A DNA stretch of 64,000 nucleotides from Alphaproteobacteria bacterium (GTDB taxonomy: Bacteria > Pseudomonadota > Alphaproteobacteria > Bin95), in contig CAXXWS020000002.1 of the NCBI GenBank assembly GCA_963665325.3, positions 224,001 to 288,000 on the forward strand, read 5' to 3'. Shown here in pieces: positions 30,084 to 42,471 of the stretch; the stretch's first letter is position 1, and each line of letters opens with the position of its first letter. The notes under the pieces are model-generated. The model was not told where the DNA came from. It ran no database searches and was given only the letters and a program-made list of their open reading frames with translations. A program made the position numbers and the translations under genes.

Positions 30084-31017
30084 ATGGCCGAGAAAATCGA
30101 CACGACCGATACCGAAGTCAGGTTCGAGGAACTGCCGGACGCGCCGCCCCGGCGGCGGCTGCGGCTCTCCTGGAGCGGTAAACTCGGGGTCTGCGTCGTC
30201 GCTTTCTGGATGGCGATCGTGTTCGTCGGTCCGTCGATCTCGCCCTATCACGAGGCGGACATTCTGGATGAGGCGTTATTCATCGTGCCGGGCAGCGACA
30301 ATCCCTATCCCGAGACCGACTACCAGCCGCCGAGCGGTATCGCGTGGCTCGGCACCGACTATCTCGGACGCGACATACTCTCCCGGACGCTATACGGCGC
30401 GCGCACGACCATCGGTATCTCTCTGGCATCTACCCTGCTCGCCTATCTCGTCGGGTCACGCTCGGAATCGCGGCGGCGGTCGGCGGGACCGTCATGGATT
30501 CCACGCTGAGCCGCTTCAACGACGCCATCCTGTCGATCCCGAGCATCATGCTCGCGCTGGTGATGATCGCCGCCATAGGCAGCACCATCCCGATCCTGAT
30601 CGTGCTGACCGGCCTCATATACGCCGCCACCGTGTTCCGGATAGCCCGGTCGCTCGGGCTGGACGTGAAGGTCAGCGACTTCGTCGAGGCGGCGCGGGTG
30701 CGCGGCGAGGGCCTGTGGTGGATCATCACCCGGGAGATCCTGCCCAATGTCGCCATGCCGATGGCGACCGATTTCGGACTGCGTTTCGTCTATGTCATCC
30801 TTTTCATCTCGAGCCTGAGCTTCCTCGGTCTCGGCGTGCAGCCGCCGCAGTCGGACTGGGGCAGCATGGTCCGGGAGAACCTCTCCGGGCTGCCCTACGG
30901 CGCCGTCGCGCCGCTGGTGCCGGCGCTCGCGATCGCGACCCTTACAATCGCCATCAACCTCATCGTGGACGATGTTTCCGCCCATGCCGGGGGCCGGCTG
31001 GCGAAAAGGATGATCTG

Positions 31018-31018
<1 letters not shown>
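30084..31018 (+). pseudogene. DppC-like permease split by a single-base frameshift (or sequencing error)
   Basis: First half (WLGTDYLGRDILSR) is in the frame of 30084. Second half (FVEAARVRGE, SLSFLGLGVQPP..DWG) is in another frame. The break is at GGG 30453-30455. Confidence 0.8.
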
Positions 31019-32847
<1,829 letters not shown>

Positions 32848-32874
32848 CCGGCCCCGGCGAGTCGGAGGGGAAGA

Positions 32875-33999
32875 ATGTACCCCGTGCTGGACTTGTTGCT
32901 TCGCTCCCGGCGACAGCCGCCAAGGCGGCTGCCCAACTCGGACATCGCCGCCGCCCGACGGGGGTTGGCGGCGCTGGGCGTATATCTGGTCGCCATAACG
33001 GCGAGCCATACGCTCGCCATGATGGCATTCGAGGGGCTGGGTCTCGGCGACGCCGCCTGGCTGACGGCAACCACGATGACGACGGTCGGCTATGGCGACC
33101 TGTCTGCATCGACGGCAGCGGGGCGGTGGTCCACCGTCCTGCTGGTGTATGTCGGCGGCGTGTTTGCGCTGGGAAAAGGCGCGGCCGACTATTTCGAATA
33201 TCGGGCGAACCGGCTCGCGCTCAGGAGGCGCGGCCTCTGGAGGTGGCGGTTGAAGGACCATGTGCTGATCGTCAATGCGCCGACTGCGGGCGCCGATCCC
33301 TATTTCGAAACGCTGCTGCGACAGTTCCGGGAGACCGCATGGGGGCGGAACAGGGATGTTCTTATCCTCTCCACCTGCTGGCCGGAGGGGCTTCCCGACA
33401 GCCTCGCCCGTCTCGGCGTGGTCCATGTCCACGGCGGATCCGCCTCGGACGAAAAACTGCTGGACTCGGGGGCGGTGGACGCGGCGGCCGTGGTCGTGCT
33501 TGCCAGCGACGAGAAAGATACGGCATCGGACGGGACGGCTTTCGACCTGGTGCACCGGCTGGTCGGCATGGGCGCGAAGGGGCGGATTGCCGTGGAATGC
33601 GTGAACGACCGGAACCGGGACCGGCTGCGCGACGCCGGCGCCTCGACGGTCATGCGGCCCATGCGCGGCTATCCGGAAATGCTGGTCCGGGCGCTGATTG
33701 CGCCGGGCTCGGAATCGATCATCGAAGACCTCTTCACGCGGCACGGCGATGAGTGCGTTCGATTTGAGGTGCCGGTCGCAGGAATCGTCTGGGGACCGCT
33801 GGCCGCCCGCCTGATCTCCGCCGGCGCGGGGACGGCGCTGGCATATGCCGATGCAGCCGACGGGAAGGTGGTCGTCAATCCGCGCCCCGGGCAGCGCATA
33901 TCCGCCTCGGCGCTCTTCCTGGTGGTCAAGGAAGGGTACGAGCCGACCGCGGACATGGTGGCCCGGTTGATCCGGGAGGAAAGTGAAGTCGCGGCGTGA
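32875..33999 (+). CDS. two-TM potassium channel with RCK (TrkA-N-like) domain
   Basis: Selectivity filter TTVGYGD between two TM helices, followed by a cytoplasmic RCK-like domain. Confidence 0.88.
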   Translation: MYPVLDLLLRSRRQPPRRLPNSDIAAARRGLAALGVYLVAITASHTLAMMAFEGLGLGDAAWLTATTMTTVGYGDLSASTAAGRWSTVLLVYVGGVFALGKGAADYFEYRANRLALRRRGLWRWRLKDHVLIVNAPTAGADPYFETLLRQFRETAWGRNRDVLILSTCWPEGLPDSLARLGVVHVHGGSASDEKLLDSGAVDAAAVVVLASDEKDTASDGTAFDLVHRLVGMGAKGRIAVECVNDRNRDRLRDAGASTVMRPMRGYPEMLVRALIAPGSESIIEDLFTRHGDECVRFEVPVAGIVWGPLAARLISAGAGTALAYADAADGKVVVNPRPGQRISASALFLVVKEGYEPTADMVARLIREESEVAA

Positions 34000-34026
34000 C
34001 GAGATCCGGGACCGCGCTCCCGGGCC

Positions 34027-35589
34027 TCATGCCCCCGTCCGGTCGGGCCGGGACGGTAGCAGCCGGCGCACTTCCCCCGCCCTGACGGCGCCGAGGCCGA
34101 GCGCAGCCAGAACGAAGACCGCGAGGCCGCCGCCGCAGAGCGCCGCCAGCGCGGCGATCCGCCGGGCCTCCCCGCCGTCGAGCCAGGAGCCGGCCGCTTC
34201 GAGCCCGGCGACAAGCGCTGCAGCCATGATGAGCGCCGCCCCGGCCGCGCGCGGCAACCGGGAGAGCAGGCGCTTGTCCGCCCGGCAATGATCGCGCCGC
34301 CGGAGCGCGGCCCAGAGCAGCGCCGTGTTCGCCCAGGCTGCCGCGCTCGTTGCCGCAGCGATGCCGACATGGCCGATGACGCGGTAGAGCGCCAGGCTGA
34401 GGCCCGTGTTGAGCACCACGACGACGACCGTGATCCGGAACGGGGTGCGCATGTCCTCGCGAGCGAAGAATCCCGGCTGCAATATCCGCACCAGCACGAA
34501 GGCGGGCAGGCCGGCCGCGAAGGCGGCGATCGCCGCTGCCGTCGCTTCCGTGTCCGCCGCGGAGAAGGCGCCGCGCTCGAACAGCACACGGGCAACCGCC
34601 TCGGGCATGGCGATGAGCGCGGCGGCGGCCGGCAGCGCGAGCAGCATCGCGACCTCGATGGCCCGGTTCATCTCGTTGGCGGCCCCCGCGCTGTCGCCGG
34701 TCTGCAGCGTGCGGGTGAGGCGCGGAAGCAGCGCCGTGCCGAGCGCGATGCCAACCACGCCGAGCGGCAGCTGGTAGATGCGGTCGGCGTAGTGCAGCCA
34801 GGCGACGGCCCCGGTCGGCAGCAGCGAGGCGATCACCGTGCCGATCAACAGGTTGATCTGGAGCGCGCCCGCGGACAGCGTGCCCGGCACCAGCTGGCGC
34901 AGCAGCCGGCGGACGCCGCGCGTGAGCCGGGGGAAGCGCAGACGGAGCCTGAGCCGCGCCCGGCGCATGTCCCAGAGGATCAACGCCAGCTGCCCGAACC
35001 CGGCAATGCTGACGCCGATGGCGAGCGCGAGCCCCGGCGCGCCGGTCCAGAGCGCCGATACGGCGAGCGCGGCGATCAGCACGACATTGAGCAGGATCGG
35101 CGCGGCGGACGGGACCGCGAAGCGGTAGAAGCTGTTCAGTATGCCGGCGAAGAATGCCAGCAGCGCCATGCAGAGCAGATAGGGGAAGGTGAGCCGCGAG
35201 AACAGCACCGCGGGCCCGAAGCGTTCCGGCTGGTCGAGGAAGCCCGGCGCTAGGATCGTCACCAGGATCGGCATGAAGGCTTCGGCAAGCGCGGTGAACA
35301 CAAGCAGCGCCGCGAACAGCACCGCCATTACTTCCTCGGCGAAGGCGAGCGCGGCTTTCCTTCCGTCCTGCTGGAGCCGGCCCGAGAACATCGGCACGAA
35401 GGCTGCAGCGAAAGCGCCCTCGGCAAACAGCCGGCGGAACAGGTTGGGCAGCCGGAAGGCAACCAGGAAGGCGTCTGCGATGGGACCGGCACCGAGCAAG
35501 GCGGCGAAGGTGAGGTCGCGCACGAAGCCCAGCACCCGGCTTGCCATCGTGTAGCCGCCGACGGTCGCGGCGGCGCGCAGAAGCGCCAT
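34027..35589 (-). CDS. murJ: lipid II flippase MurJ
   Basis: SRVLGFVRD, AFRLPNLFRRLFAEGAF, YADRIYQLPLG and FFAREDMRTP. Confidence 0.96.
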   Translation of the reverse strand: MALLRAAATVGGYTMASRVLGFVRDLTFAALLGAGPIADAFLVAFRLPNLFRRLFAEGAFAAAFVPMFSGRLQQDGRKAALAFAEEVMAVLFAALLVFTALAEAFMPILVTILAPGFLDQPERFGPAVLFSRLTFPYLLCMALLAFFAGILNSFYRFAVPSAAPILLNVVLIAALAVSALWTGAPGLALAIGVSIAGFGQLALILWDMRRARLRLRLRFPRLTRGVRRLLRQLVPGTLSAGALQINLLIGTVIASLLPTGAVAWLHYADRIYQLPLGVVGIALGTALLPRLTRTLQTGDSAGAANEMNRAIEVAMLLALPAAAALIAMPEAVARVLFERGAFSAADTEATAAAIAAFAAGLPAFVLVRILQPGFFAREDMRTPFRITVVVVVLNTGLSLALYRVIGHVGIAAATSAAAWANTALLWAALRRRDHCRADKRLLSRLPRAAGAALIMAAALVAGLEAAGSWLDGGEARRIAALAALCGGGLAVFVLAALGLGAVRAGEVRRLLPSRPDRTGA

Positions 35590-35598
35590 TGCCTGCCC

Positions 35599-38340
35599 TC
35601 AGCCGGTTTCGTCGGGGCCCGCTATCGCTTGGAGCAGTATCTCATGCACGCGGGCGAGCTTGCCGTCATGGACGACTTTCAGCCCGAACACGTCCTTCAC
35701 ATAGAACACATCGACCACCCGTTCGCCATAGGTGGCGATGCGCGCCGTGGTAATCCGGAGGCTGAGGTCCGACAGCGCGCGCGCCACATCGAACAGAAAG
35801 CCCGGGCGGTCGCGTCCGTTGACCTCGATCACGGTGTGGGTGGCCGACGCGCGGTTGTCGATCAGCACGCGCGGCGGCACGGTGAACACGGCGGTGCGCG
35901 AGGGCCAGCCGCGCCGGCGGCGGACCTCCTGCCTGAGGTCGATCTCGCCGCTGAGGGCCTCGCGCACCCGGCGTTCCAGCGCCTGCAACTGGCGCGTGCC
36001 GGTCACCGCGTGGGCTTCGGCATCCTGGACCTGGAAGGTGTCGATGGCGATTCCGTTCGCAAAGGTGAAGACCCTGGCCTCGACAACGCTCATTCCCGAC
36101 GCGGCAAGCGCGCCTGCGAAACGCGAGAACAGGCCCGGATGGTCCTGCGCGCAGAATACGACCTCAGTGACCGCGCGGCTCTCGTCGATACGCGCCTTCA
36201 CCGAGAGCGCCGAGGGATCGTCCCGGACCTCCGCGATCATGTCGGCGTGATGCACCAGGGTGTCGCGGTCCCAGGCGAGCCAGTAACTGGCGGGCGCGGC
36301 GTCGGCGAATTCGGCGAAGACCTCGTCCGGCCAGCCGGGCAGGGCGGCGCGAAGCTCATCCTGCGCCTCGCTGACCCGTTCGGCGGCGGCGAGGCGGATA
36401 TCGCCGCCGGTCAGCAATTCCTCGGTCTTGAAATAGAGCTCGCGCAGGAGCGCGGCCTTCCAGGCGTTCCAGACATTGGGGCCGACCGCGCGGATGTCGG
36501 CGACGGTCAGCACCAGCAGCAGGCGCAGCCGCTCCGGCGACTGCACCAGGTCGGCGAAATCGGCAATGGCGCTTGCATCGTTCAGGTCCAGCTTGAAGGC
36601 GGCGGCACTCATCGCAAGATGGTGGCGCACCAGCCAGGACACCGTTTCGGTCTCCTCCGCGCTCAGGCCGAGCTCCGGCCCGAGCCTGAGCGCGTCCTCC
36701 GCTCCCAGGATCGAATGGTCGCCGCCGCGCCCCTTGGCGATGTCGTGCATGAAGACGGCGAGATAGAGCGCCCGGCGCGAGAGCACCTTGTGGACGACTT
36801 CGGAGGCGACCGGGGCCTCTTCCCGGAGCTCGCCCTGCTCAATGCGGTACAGGATGCCGATGGCCCGGATCGTGTGCTCGTCCACGGTGTAGGTATGGTA
36901 CATGTCGTATTGCATCTGCGCCACGACCCGCCCGAACACCGGAATCAGGCGGCCGAGCACGCCGGCCTCGTTCATCCGCCGGAGCGTGACGTCGGGCGCC
37001 ATGGTCGAGGTCATCATGTCCAGGAACAGTCCGGCGGCTTCCGGCCGGCGGTGGAAGCCGGAGTCGATCCGGTGCAGGTTCCGCGTCACCTGGCGCAGCG
37101 CCGCCGGGTGGATGTCCAGCTCGTGGTGCTGCGCCTCGTGGAACAGCCGCAGCATGGCGGTCGGGTCTTCGGCGAAGGCATCCTCGTGCGCAAGGTTGAG
37201 CCAGCCGCTCTCGGCGGAGAACGGCCCCATCTGCCTGTCGCGGGTCAGAAGCCGGGAGATGGAGAACAAAGGCTTGCGGCGGTGCTCGTCCTCCAGCGCG
37301 GCGCAGAAGATGCGCGTCAGGTCGCCGACCTTCTTCGCCTCCAGATAATAGTGCTTCATGAAGCGCTCGACCGGGCGCGCGCCGGCGCGGCTGCGGTAGC
37401 CCAGGCGGGAGGCGATCTCCTGCTGGAGGTCGAAAGTCAGCCGTTCCTCGGCCCGTCCGGCCAGGTAGTGCAGATGGCAGCGCACGGTGGACAGGAAGCG
37501 CTCCGCCTTGACGAAGGCCGCAAGCTCGGCGTTCGAGAACACGCCTTTCGCCGCCAGCTCGCCCACCTCGTCCACCCGGTAGAGATATTTGGCGATCCAG
37601 TAGAGGGTGTGGAGGTCGCGCAGCCCGCCCTTGCCTTCCTTGACGTTCGGCTCAACGACATAGCGGCTGTCGCCGAAGCGCAGATGCCGTTCGTCCCGCT
37701 CGGCCAGTTTTCGCTCGGCGAATTCCGGGCCGGTCTTCCTGACCAGCTCGTCGGCGAAGCGGGTGCGAAACTCCTCGTAAAGCCCGGCTTCGCCCCAGAG
37801 AAAGCGCGTCTCCAGCAGGCTCGTGCAGATCGTCGTGTCCCGGCCGGCAAGCCGGAGGCACTCCTCGGCCGAGCGCGTGGCGTGGCCGACTTTGAGGCCC
37901 GTGTCCCAGAGCAGCAGCAACACATATTCGACGATCTGCTCGACCCTGGGCGTCACCTTCCAGGGCAGCAGGAACAGCAGGTCGAGGTCCGAATAAGGGG
38001 CGAGGCTGCCGCGTCCGTAGCCGCCCTGGGCGACGAGCGCGAAGCGGTCGCCGGTGGTGGGGTTGGCGGCCGGGAACACCGTTCCGGCGACGAAGTCGAA
38101 CAGGCCGCCGGCGATCCTGTCCATGGACGAGGAGAGGCCGTGCATTGCGACATCTGCCGGTTGCCCGGCCTCGAAGGCCGCGCGCACGGCCCCGCGCGTC
38201 TCCTCCACCCCTTCTTTCAGGATTGCGAGTACCCGCTCCCGGTCGGGGCGCGTCTCGGAGCCCAGCGCATCGAGCCGGGCGACCGTCCGCGCCGCCTGCC
38301 GGGCGCTCTCCCCGGCAAATTGCAGGCCGGTTCCGTCCAC
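35599..38340 (-). CDS. glnD: [protein-PII] uridylyltransferase
   Basis: GGYGRG..APYSDLDL NTase motif, NVKEGKGGLRD, HTYTVDEH/HDIAKG HD domain and two C-terminal ACT domains. Confidence 0.97.
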   Translation of the reverse strand: MDGTGLQFAGESARQAARTVARLDALGSETRPDRERVLAILKEGVEETRGAVRAAFEAGQPADVAMHGLSSSMDRIAGGLFDFVAGTVFPAANPTTGDRFALVAQGGYGRGSLAPYSDLDLLFLLPWKVTPRVEQIVEYVLLLLWDTGLKVGHATRSAEECLRLAGRDTTICTSLLETRFLWGEAGLYEEFRTRFADELVRKTGPEFAERKLAERDERHLRFGDSRYVVEPNVKEGKGGLRDLHTLYWIAKYLYRVDEVGELAAKGVFSNAELAAFVKAERFLSTVRCHLHYLAGRAEERLTFDLQQEIASRLGYRSRAGARPVERFMKHYYLEAKKVGDLTRIFCAALEDEHRRKPLFSISRLLTRDRQMGPFSAESGWLNLAHEDAFAEDPTAMLRLFHEAQHHELDIHPAALRQVTRNLHRIDSGFHRRPEAAGLFLDMMTSTMAPDVTLRRMNEAGVLGRLIPVFGRVVAQMQYDMYHTYTVDEHTIRAIGILYRIEQGELREEAPVASEVVHKVLSRRALYLAVFMHDIAKGRGGDHSILGAEDALRLGPELGLSAEETETVSWLVRHHLAMSAAAFKLDLNDASAIADFADLVQSPERLRLLLVLTVADIRAVGPNVWNAWKAALLRELYFKTEELLTGGDIRLAAAERVSEAQDELRAALPGWPDEVFAEFADAAPASYWLAWDRDTLVHHADMIAEVRDDPSALSVKARIDESRAVTEVVFCAQDHPGLFSRFAGALAASGMSVVEARVFTFANGIAIDTFQVQDAEAHAVTGTRQLQALERRVREALSGEIDLRQEVRRRRGWPSRTAVFTVPPRVLIDNRASATHTVIEVNGRDRPGFLFDVARALSDLSLRITTARIATYGERVVDVFYVKDVFGLKVVHDGKLARVHEILLQAIAGPDETG

Positions 38341-38437
38341 GCGCCTTGCCCCCGCTGCCGTCAGGCGCGACCATGGGCGGCAGAGGGCAGCCCGTCAAGG
38401 CGGCGGGCGGCGCCGGTTGCAGCTATGGGGGCGACTT

Positions 38438-39058
38438 ATGGGTAACGGAATCCTGGCGGTGTGGACGGACTGCGCCGCGGACGGCGAAGCGGATTTCAAC
38501 GAGTGGTACAACCGCGAGCACCTGCCGGAGCGGGTGGGCGTGCCGGGTTTCCTCAAGGGCGTGCGCTACCGCGCGGTCGAGGCCGACCGGGGCTATTTCA
38601 CCTGGTACCGGACGGAGGATGTGGGCGTGCTGGCGTCGCAACCCTATCGCGACCGGCTGAACGACCCGACCGAGTGGACGCAGCGCGTGATGCACGTCTT
38701 CCGCAACACCATCCGCTCGGCGATGACGGTCGAGGCTGAGACGGGGGAAGCGTCCATAGGCGCCTGGGCGGCAGTGCTGCGGACGGACGAGGAGCTGGGC
38801 GCGGTCGATCTGGAAGGCCTTGCCGGGGCCGGGGAGGCCTTGAGCGCGATGCGTTGGCACCTCGACATGGGGGCGACGGGCAGTCCGACCGTGGAAGCCT
38901 CGATCCGCGGGCCGGACACGCAAGCGGCGCGGGCGGTGCTGGTCCAGACAACGACGGAAGCAGCGGCCCGCCGCGCGGCGGCGGCGCTCGCAGGGCAGGG
39001 CGAAGTGGGCGTCTATGCGCTGATGGCGGTGCTGATGAGCGAAGACCTGGCCGGTTGA
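38438..39058 (+). CDS. hypothetical protein with EthD/DUF4286-like dimeric alpha-beta barrel domain
   Basis: EADFNEWYNREHLPERVGVPGF...RY pattern typical of this fold; coding-like codon usage. Confidence 0.7.
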   Translation: MGNGILAVWTDCAADGEADFNEWYNREHLPERVGVPGFLKGVRYRAVEADRGYFTWYRTEDVGVLASQPYRDRLNDPTEWTQRVMHVFRNTIRSAMTVEAETGEASIGAWAAVLRTDEELGAVDLEGLAGAGEALSAMRWHLDMGATGSPTVEASIRGPDTQAARAVLVQTTTEAAARRAAAALAGQGEVGVYALMAVLMSEDLAG

Positions 39059-39101
39059 GCGGTCGCGGCCGTTGCAGGGATGACAAGGGAGTGTGCAGTG
39101 G

Positions 39102-39177
<76 letters not shown>

Positions 39178-39221
39178 ACACATCGCAAGCTGTCGCCTCT
39201 AGGCGGCAGCCGGGAAGCGGG

Positions 39222-39251
39222 GTTATGTTGCAGGCTGCGGGAACCTGTCAA
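39222..39251 (-). promoter_or_regulatory. putative sigma70 promoter of tRNA-Ala
   Basis: Minus strand TTGACA-N18-CATAAC followed by a GC-rich discriminator. Confidence 0.5.
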
Positions 39252-39296
39252 GGCCCCGCGCGACCTGCATCCATCCACCGGAGGCGTCCGGGGCCC

Positions 39297-39596
39297 ATGA
39301 ATGTCATCCTGATCCCGCTGCTCCAGCTTCTCGACATCGTGCTGGAGCTCTACCAGATCGTCCTGATCGTCTGGGTGGTGCTGAGCTGGCTGGTCTCCTT
39401 CAATGTGGTCAACACGGCCAACGGCTTCGTGCGCGGGGCCATGAACGTGCTTTGGCGGCTGACCGAACCGACGCTCCGCCCGATCCGGCGCTTCGTGCCC
39501 ATGGTCTCCGGGCTCGATTTCTCGCCGCTGATCCTGCTGCTCGCGATCTACTTCCTGCGCGGCGTGGTCGGCCGCATGATCTTCTCCATGGCCTGA
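39297..39596 (+). CDS. yggT: YggT family membrane protein
   Basis: [26 protein letters not shown] and GLDFSPLI. Confidence 0.92.
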   Translation: MNVILIPLLQLLDIVLELYQIVLIVWVVLSWLVSFNVVNTANGFVRGAMNVLWRLTEPTLRPIRRFVPMVSGLDFSPLILLLAIYFLRGVVGRMIFSMA

Positions 39597-39612
39597 GGGG
39601 GGAGGAACTTCC

Positions 39613-40500
39613 ATGAGCAGTGCCCGAATCATCGATGGCAAGGAGCTTGCGGCGAAGCTGCGCGAGCGTGTGGCGGCGCAGGTCGCAGCGCTCGACGGAT
39701 CGGTCCGGCCCGGCCTCGCCGTGGTGCTGGTCGGCGAGGACCCGGCGAGCGCCGTCTATGTCCGCAACAAGAACCGCGAGACGCAGGCCGCCGGCATGGC
39801 CTCCTTCGAGCACAACCTGCCCGCCGACACGGGCGAGGCGGAACTGCTGGCGCTGGTGGCGAGCCTGAACCGCGACCCGGCGGTGCATGGCATCCTGGTG
39901 CAATTGCCGCTGCCGGACAGCATCGATTCCGCCAAGGTGCTGCGCGCCATCGACCCCGCCAAGGACGTGGACGGCTTCCATCCCGAGAATGTGGGCGCGC
40001 TTTGGACCGGCGCCCCGGCGCTCGCGCCCTGCACGCCGCGCGGCTGCATGACCATGCTGGCCGAGGTCCACCCCGCCGGGCTTGTCGGCAAGCGCGCGGT
40101 CGTCGTCGGCCGGTCCAATATCGTCGGCAAGCCGATGGCCGCTCTGCTTCTCGCGCAGCATTGCACGGTGACGCTCGCCCATTCCCGCACGCAGGACCTG
40201 CCGGGCGTCTGCCGGGGGGCGGACATCCTGGTGGCGGCCGTTGGGCGGGCGCGCATGATCGAGGGCGATTGGGTCCGGCCGGGCGCGACGGTGATCGATG
40301 TCGGCATCAACCGCATACCGGCGGAGCAGGAGGGCAAGACGCGGCTCGTCGGCGATGTCGATTTTGCAGGCGCCTCCGAGGTCGCGGGCGCCATCACGCC
40401 GGTGCCCGGCGGCGTCGGCCCGATGACGATCGCCTGCCTGCTCGCCAACACCGTGACTGCCGCCTGCCGTCTGGCGGGCGTGGCGGAACCGGAGGTCTGA
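39613..40500 (+). CDS. folD: methylenetetrahydrofolate dehydrogenase/cyclohydrolase
   Basis: [37 protein letters not shown] and [11 protein letters not shown]. Confidence 0.98.
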   Translation: MSSARIIDGKELAAKLRERVAAQVAALDGSVRPGLAVVLVGEDPASAVYVRNKNRETQAAGMASFEHNLPADTGEAELLALVASLNRDPAVHGILVQLPLPDSIDSAKVLRAIDPAKDVDGFHPENVGALWTGAPALAPCTPRGCMTMLAEVHPAGLVGKRAVVVGRSNIVGKPMAALLLAQHCTVTLAHSRTQDLPGVCRGADILVAAVGRARMIEGDWVRPGATVIDVGINRIPAEQEGKTRLVGDVDFAGASEVAGAITPVPGGVGPMTIACLLANTVTAACRLAGVAEPEV

Positions 40501-40508
40501 GCGCAGCG

Positions 40509-41906
40509 ATGACCGACATTGGCGAGGGGGCGGGCGGCGCCCGCGAGGGCGCACTCGACCGCGTCCGCGACCACTATGACAGCGGCGCCTTCATAGAGGT
40601 GCTGGCGCGCCGCGTGGCGGTGCCGTCCACCAGCCAGGACCCGGCCTTCGCGCCCCATCTCTGGCGCTATCTGGAAGACGAGATCGCGCCCGCCGCCAGC
40701 GACATGGGCTTCGAGGTCCGGGTCGAGCCGAATCCGGAGGAGGGTGGCGGGCCCCTGCTGACGGCGGTGCGCCATGAGGGCGACGCGCTGCCGACCGTGC
40801 TGGTCTATGGCCATGGCGACACGGTGCTCGGCCATGAAGGCCAGTGGCGCGAGGGCCGCGACCCCTGGACCCTCGACCGGGATGGCGAGAAGCTCTACGG
40901 GCGCGGCACGGTGGACAACAAGGGCCAGCACGGCATCGCGCTCGCCGCGCTGGAGGCGGTGCTGGCGGAGCGCGGGCAGCTCGGCTTCAACGCGAAGCTG
41001 CTGGTCGAGACCAGCGAGGAGACCGGCTCGAAGGGCCTGCGCGCTTTCGCCGAGGGCAACCGGGAGCGGCTCGCCGCAGATGTGCTGATCGCGTCCGACG
41101 GGCCGCGCGTCGCGCCCGACAGGCCGACCGTCTATCTCGGCTCGCGCGGCGTCATCAACTATGCGCTGGAGATCGACGCCCGTGAGGGCGGGCACCATTC
41201 CGGCAATTGGGGCGGGCTGCTCTCCAACCCCGCAACCCGGCTCGCTAGCGCGGTCGCCAGCATGGTGGACGCGCGCGGACGCATCCTGGTCGAGGGCCTG
41301 AGGCCGCCGCCCATGTCCAATGCCGTGCGCACCGCGATTGCCGACTGCGCCGTGGACGGCGGGCCGGGCGCGCCGGAGATCGACCCCGACTGGGGCGAGC
41401 CGGGCCTCACGCCCTGGGAGCGTGTCTTCGGCTGGAACGCGCTCGAAGTGCTGGCCCTGGGCGCGGGCGATGCCGAGCGGCCGGTGAACGCCATTCCGCC
41501 GAGCGCCCGGGCCGTCATCCAGATGCGGTTCGTTGCGGGCTCGGACGATGAGGGCTTCCTGCCGGCGATCCGCGCGCATCTCGACGCAAATGGCTTCGAG
41601 GACGTGCAGGCCGCGCCCATGCGCACCACCATGAAGGCGACCCGCACGCCGCTCGACGATCCCTGGGTGCGCCGCGTCATGACCTCGGTCGAGAAGACGC
41701 TGGGTCGCCCCCCGGCGCTGCTCCCCAATCTCGGCGGCTCCATCCCGAACGACGTGTTCACCGACGTGCTCGCCATGCCGACCATCTGGGTGCCCCACTC
41801 CTTCGCCGGCTGCTCCCAACACGCCCCCAACGAACACGCCCTCGCCCCCCTGCTGCGCGAAGGCCTCGAAATGATGACCGGCATCTTCTGGGACATCGGC
41901 GCGTAG
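40509..41906 (+). CDS. M20 family metallopeptidase
   Basis: YGHGD, YGRGTVDNKGQH, EE, HSGNWGG and QHAPNE. Confidence 0.92.
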   Translation: MTDIGEGAGGAREGALDRVRDHYDSGAFIEVLARRVAVPSTSQDPAFAPHLWRYLEDEIAPAASDMGFEVRVEPNPEEGGGPLLTAVRHEGDALPTVLVYGHGDTVLGHEGQWREGRDPWTLDRDGEKLYGRGTVDNKGQHGIALAALEAVLAERGQLGFNAKLLVETSEETGSKGLRAFAEGNRERLAADVLIASDGPRVAPDRPTVYLGSRGVINYALEIDAREGGHHSGNWGGLLSNPATRLASAVASMVDARGRILVEGLRPPPMSNAVRTAIADCAVDGGPGAPEIDPDWGEPGLTPWERVFGWNALEVLALGAGDAERPVNAIPPSARAVIQMRFVAGSDDEGFLPAIRAHLDANGFEDVQAAPMRTTMKATRTPLDDPWVRRVMTSVEKTLGRPPALLPNLGGSIPNDVFTDVLAMPTIWVPHSFAGCSQHAPNEHALAPLLREGLEMMTGIFWDIGA

Positions 41907-41996
41907 GGGACGCTGGCGTGCTACCTTCCGGTTCGGGCAAAAGGGGGTTCGAGCACGGTCCCAAGGTCTTCAACCGGGGCGAACAGGGAGGCTTAC

Positions 41997-42401
41997 ATGG
42001 CGAAACTTCGACATATCGCGGTCACGGTTCCGGACCTGGAGGCGGCGGCTCAGTTCTATGAGAACACCTTCGGCATGACGCGGCAGCAGCAGTCCGACAT
42101 CGCGATCCTGCTTTCCGACGGCACGGTCAGCCTGGCGATCCTGAAGTTCAGGACCGACGAGCAGGCGGGCGATGAGCGCGGCAAGGACTTTCACGGCCTG
42201 CACCATATGGGCTTCGTGGTCGATGACATCGACGCGATGAGCAAAGAGATCGAGGCCAATGGCGGGCGCTACCATATGCGGCTCCCGGACTCGGCCGACG
42301 GCGCGACCGAGATCAAGTTCTACGACCCCAACGGCGTCGTCTTCGACATCGTCACCGCCGACTACGCCACCAATGCCTGGGGCGCCAAGGTCTCGGACTG
42401 A
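41997..42401 (+). CDS. VOC/glyoxalase family protein
   Basis: LRHIAVTVPDL...FY, GLHHMGFVVDD and DPNG; RBS GGAGG. Confidence 0.88.
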   Translation: MAKLRHIAVTVPDLEAAAQFYENTFGMTRQQQSDIAILLSDGTVSLAILKFRTDEQAGDERGKDFHGLHHMGFVVDDIDAMSKEIEANGGRYHMRLPDSADGATEIKFYDPNGVVFDIVTADYATNAWGAKVSD

Positions 42402-42471
42402 CCGCGCCACTTGCCGCCGCGCGGGGCGGGCGGCTACAAGGCGGCGTTCGTTCCGAACGAAGGGACAGTCC

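Noticed and set aside
35629-38445. 938-aa + strand ORF, and similar long ORFs such as 899-3298, 4668-6998, 18178-20100, 39756-41837 and 52425-54641
   Set aside because: Antisense or off-frame shadows of well-supported genes; expected in high-GC DNA with strong codon bias, and no recognisable motifs.
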